This document shows, piece after piece, positions 60,591 through 64,000 of a stretch of 64,000 bases of DNA. Under the pieces are notes generated by a model that was not told where the DNA came from, searched no databases, and was given only the letters and a program-made list of their open reading frames with translations. Made by a program: the position numbers and the translations under genes. Each line of letters starts with the position of its first letter. The stretch's first letter is position 1. Source of the stretch: Harriotta raleighana (Eukaryota); the NCBI GenBank assembly GCA_050575255.1, contig JBNZDD010013726.1, forward strand, positions 10,012,618 to 10,076,617. Direction: 5' to 3'.

Positions 60591-62784
60591 AGAATCTCAC
60601 TGTTTTATCAGTGGTCTTTAGAAATTCCAAAAGATTAACTTACCTTTTTGTCAGAGATTTTTTACAATCTTGTAACTCTCCGATGATGAGTCATAAAGTC
60701 AAATGTATTCTGTTGCTAAGTTTCAGACACTCCTCTATTTGCAATGTCTTCCCCCTTCCCCGAATATATGTTCCTATCCCTTCGAAACATGTTAAATACA
60801 AGTACTGTGTAAGAAATTCATATCCATTGTCATTCTAGCCATATTTCTATCAGGCCAAATGTATCCTTATTCTTATTCAATATAGCTAAACCCCTGAAAC
60901 TCTACTACCAAGTTTTCTATACTCCTAGGCTTGTGCAAAAACACTTGGTTTGTCAATAGTGATCATCAATATTAATTTATTGACTTTTGCCTCCTTTATT
61001 CTTAACTTCTCAGCTCCTTTATCAACGCTGCAGTACGTCCCATCATTCTCACTTTAATATGTTTCTCCTTGTACCTTACCCTTTCAGCTGGTCGTTTGAA
61101 TATTTCATAGTTACGTTACATCTATTCAGGTCCAATTTTCCGAGGTCCACGTTTATTTAAATATAGCCCATTCTTATCGACCACTTAATTTTCTTTTCAG
61201 ACCCAATTCAAACTTAATTCTTCCTTCCCTGCACTTCCAACTACTTGTTTCAATCAATTTTCTTCACATGACACTGGTATGTACATGTTTGCGCGGCCAG
61301 TAATTCAGCAGATTGTTCTAATTTTTCCACTGCGATCTTGCAATTTTTGGGCAATTTATTTTTGTTTCCTTTTTAAGATTGCCATTTGCATCATGAATTT
61401 CACTGCAATGGAAAACTTTATCAGTTTCCTTCAAGATAGACATAGAAAGGTCAGAGCAAGAAAAAAAAACATTTGGTTCATCAAACCTACTACTCTACCT
61501 CTAGATAACTTGATCATCTCTGTTACGTGACAAATCATCAGCCTCTGTGAGAACAAAACAGGACTATTTATCTGAGCTCCACGACAATCCTCCCAAATCT
61601 CGAATTACTGCTGGATATTAGCCCTTTGATGTATCTTTGCTCAAGATATTCTCCGAATGTCTGGCTTACAACTTCTTTCAAAACTCTTTTACCATGACAT
61701 ACATTATACCATTAATTTTTCAAGGCTCCAGCTTCATTTAGTATGTGTGTCCCTTTCAATATCTTCCTTTCCCATTATTTCTTAATTTTTCCCTTTTGTT
61801 TTCCTCCCATGACTCGGTTTACTCACGGCATAAATATGCAATTCCTTACAAGCAAAATATATGTTATTATTGTTGTAATGGTAGTGTTTCTTCCTTTCTT
61901 ATTTTGCTTTTGCTAAAATATCCTCCCCTCAACCCCCTTGCTGCGTGAAATAATAATCATATCACAACAATAAATTGCCTCCCAACAGGATAATTTGGTT
62001 ATACCTTCTTGTAGTTGTAATCATCTTGATATCCAAAATATCCATCTGTGGATTCAAATACTTCTACTAATAATATAGTAATAATCCTTGCAAATGATAA
62101 AATGTAGACATGTTTAAAATCAATATCTTATCTAACAGGTTGAAAGATCCGTCATGGTTTTAACACACGTTTTTTTGTGAATATTCTCCTGAATCTCACA
62201 TCTACCACCCCCTATAAGTGATATTATATCTTGATGCATCTTGTATACATTTTCCTCTGCTATAGTGACTTACAATTTACAACTTTTCTCATTTCTTACT
62301 TATGTTATCAGCACATATTATATTACCTTACTAGTGATCACCCTACAAATAGGAACAAGCCTCTGTAAAAAAACAAAGAAAATGTCCTTTGCTAAGTGTC
62401 CTTAGTGTTAATCTCTTACTCACTGTCAGTGGTTCTGTTAATGCTTCCTTTGTTATCAAAATCCTTTGTTAATCTGTTAATGTCCCACCCCCAAAGGACC
62501 ACTACAATTCTCCAAATATCTACTGAGATCTGCTGAACAGAAACTGTTTTGTAGCTTAATCCGTGATTTCCATCAGTTTCTCAATAAACGTTCGATTTAT
62601 TTTAAAGTTTTCTGTAATTGGAAACATTTTCCAACGTATCGTTTTCATGTATTGTACATTTTAAACTATTTTATCCATTTTAGTTTACTAATCACGTAAC
62701 TCCCATTACTAGCTAGTTATCTTCCAGACAATCAAGAGTATTCCTCTGTATTCATTGTGGGGCAAAATGATTAATGAAAAGAAA

Positions 62785-62858
62785 AGACCTCAAATGCTGA
62801 CAATCAGCAATAAAAGTAGAAAATGCTGATTATCCATTGCAGGTCAAACAGAATCTAA
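62785..62858. mobile_element. Partial, more decayed copy of the 45260 palindromic element (outer arm only)
   Basis: aaatgctgacaatcagcaataaaagtagaaaatgctg...gcaggtcaaacagaatct aligns with the reverse complement of 45410-45485. Confidence 0.5.
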
Positions 62859-62871
62859 CAGTGGCAGATAA

Positions 62872-63440
62872 GGTCACTTGGTATCACTCGCCTCCGAGTG
62901 AGAACTCTGTGGATTCAAGCCCCCATGTCCTGACTCAATTTAGAACATAAGAACATAAGAATCAGGAGCAGGAGTAGGCCATTCAGCCCCTCCAGCCTGC
63001 CCCGTCATTCAATAAGATCATGGCCGATCTTCTGACCTAACTCTAATTACCTGCCCTATCCCCATATCCCCTAATCCCTCTATTTTTTATCATAGGTGCC
63101 TTGCTTTGAATCAGCTGTGAAATCATGCTTCTGTTAAGGGGGACAGTAAGATTCCTTTCGCAAAGAGAAGAGAGTTTTTCTCCCGGTTTCTTGGCCAACA
63201 ATTCCCAAATTAATTTGGTCATCCATTTCATGGTTATAATCGTAGTTATTTCTATAGTTATATTTGTTTCATAGTTATAATCTAGAATCATAGTTGATTA
63301 CAGAACATTGATGTACTTACATTGGCTGCCAATCTCTATTCTTTATAATAAATCCAGTGAAGGTGCTTTGAGACATCCCGAGGAGCTGATATGGTCCTAT
63401 TGTACTGCATACTATAAACAATAATAATTATTATTATTGT
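62872..63440 (+). mobile_element. Deu-type SINE split by an inverted CR1 3' fragment
   Basis: Head ggtatcactcgcctccgagtgagaactctgtggattcaagcccc; core resumes about 63090 (ttctcccggtttcttggccaacaatt); tail gtgaaggtgctttgagacatccc...(tta)n. Confidence 0.65.
62942..63082 (-). mobile_element. CR1 3' terminal fragment
   Basis: agaacataagaacataagaatcaggagcaggagtaggccattcagcccctccagcctgccccgtcattcaataagatcatggccgatc...ccccatatcccctaat. Confidence 0.9.
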
Positions 63441-64000
63441 AAAGTGAAATGCTTCTACTTTTTTGATTCACTGATGGATTTAAAAGATATATTTTTACCA
63501 AATCTCTAAGAGCAATAAAGCACCTTTCTTTGAAAACCAGGAAGCGAGCAGATAGTACAGAGGTAAATAAATAAGCACAAGGGTTGTCTAAATGTACATT
63601 TCAGCAGTACCTCCATGCTCAACGCAGTCTGAAAGATGCAGATTCTATTTAGAAAGTACTTTGCTATGTGTTGGCAAAGCTATAGTTTAATTGTCTTCTT
63701 CTTTTTACATGGATTGTAGAGCATTCCATTTGTTCCGTTCTATTTCTCCATCTATTTAAACATCTAAAATATTATACTATATCTTACTGTCATGTTCTGT
63801 ACCTCTCTTGTATGCTTAGTTCAATTTAAAAGTAAAATTCCTGTTCTAGGAAATGGACAGGCAAGAATCTGGGCTGAAATCCAATGCACACTCAGTCTAA
63901 GACAGTCTGCATAATTATAGTCAAACAATTTCTCTTGTTGTTAAGTGTATCAAATGGGATGATGTGACTTATAATGAGACACTCGCAATGCTGCATTACT

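Noticed and set aside
60600-62750. Possible upstream continuation of CR1 (endonuclease / ORF1 esterase, FVG*SLVR like VGDSIVR) on the minus strand
   Set aside because: Position and strand fit, but motifs are too degraded to support by eye.

Overview
AT-rich (roughly 37% GC by eye) non-coding vertebrate genomic DNA, either a gene desert or the interior of a very large intron. The repeat content points to a cartilaginous fish, most plausibly the elephant shark Callorhinchus milii (inference): CR1 and L2 LINE remnants, tRNA-derived SINEs with a Deu-type core, a second SINE family sharing the same (TAT)n L2-like tail, a UCON3/AmnSINE2-like SINE, Tigger/pogo MITEs and a palindromic Penelope-associated element. 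I recognise no host protein-coding gene, RNA gene or CRISPR array. The protein-like ORFs in the track are decayed LINE ORF2 pieces and the rest look like chance ORFs. The most notable items are a 171-bp palindrome with a degenerate hammerhead-ribozyme core on each arm (45271-45441), an unassigned ~160-bp imperfect hairpin (27350-27520), two related Tigger-type elements, modular and nested SINEs, very old LINE fossils, and a few unverified splice-signal candidates. Several duplications around single N bases are assembly artefacts. I found no convincing novel multi-gene system. Repeat family names come from recalled consensus motifs, not database searches, and most repeat boundaries are approximate.
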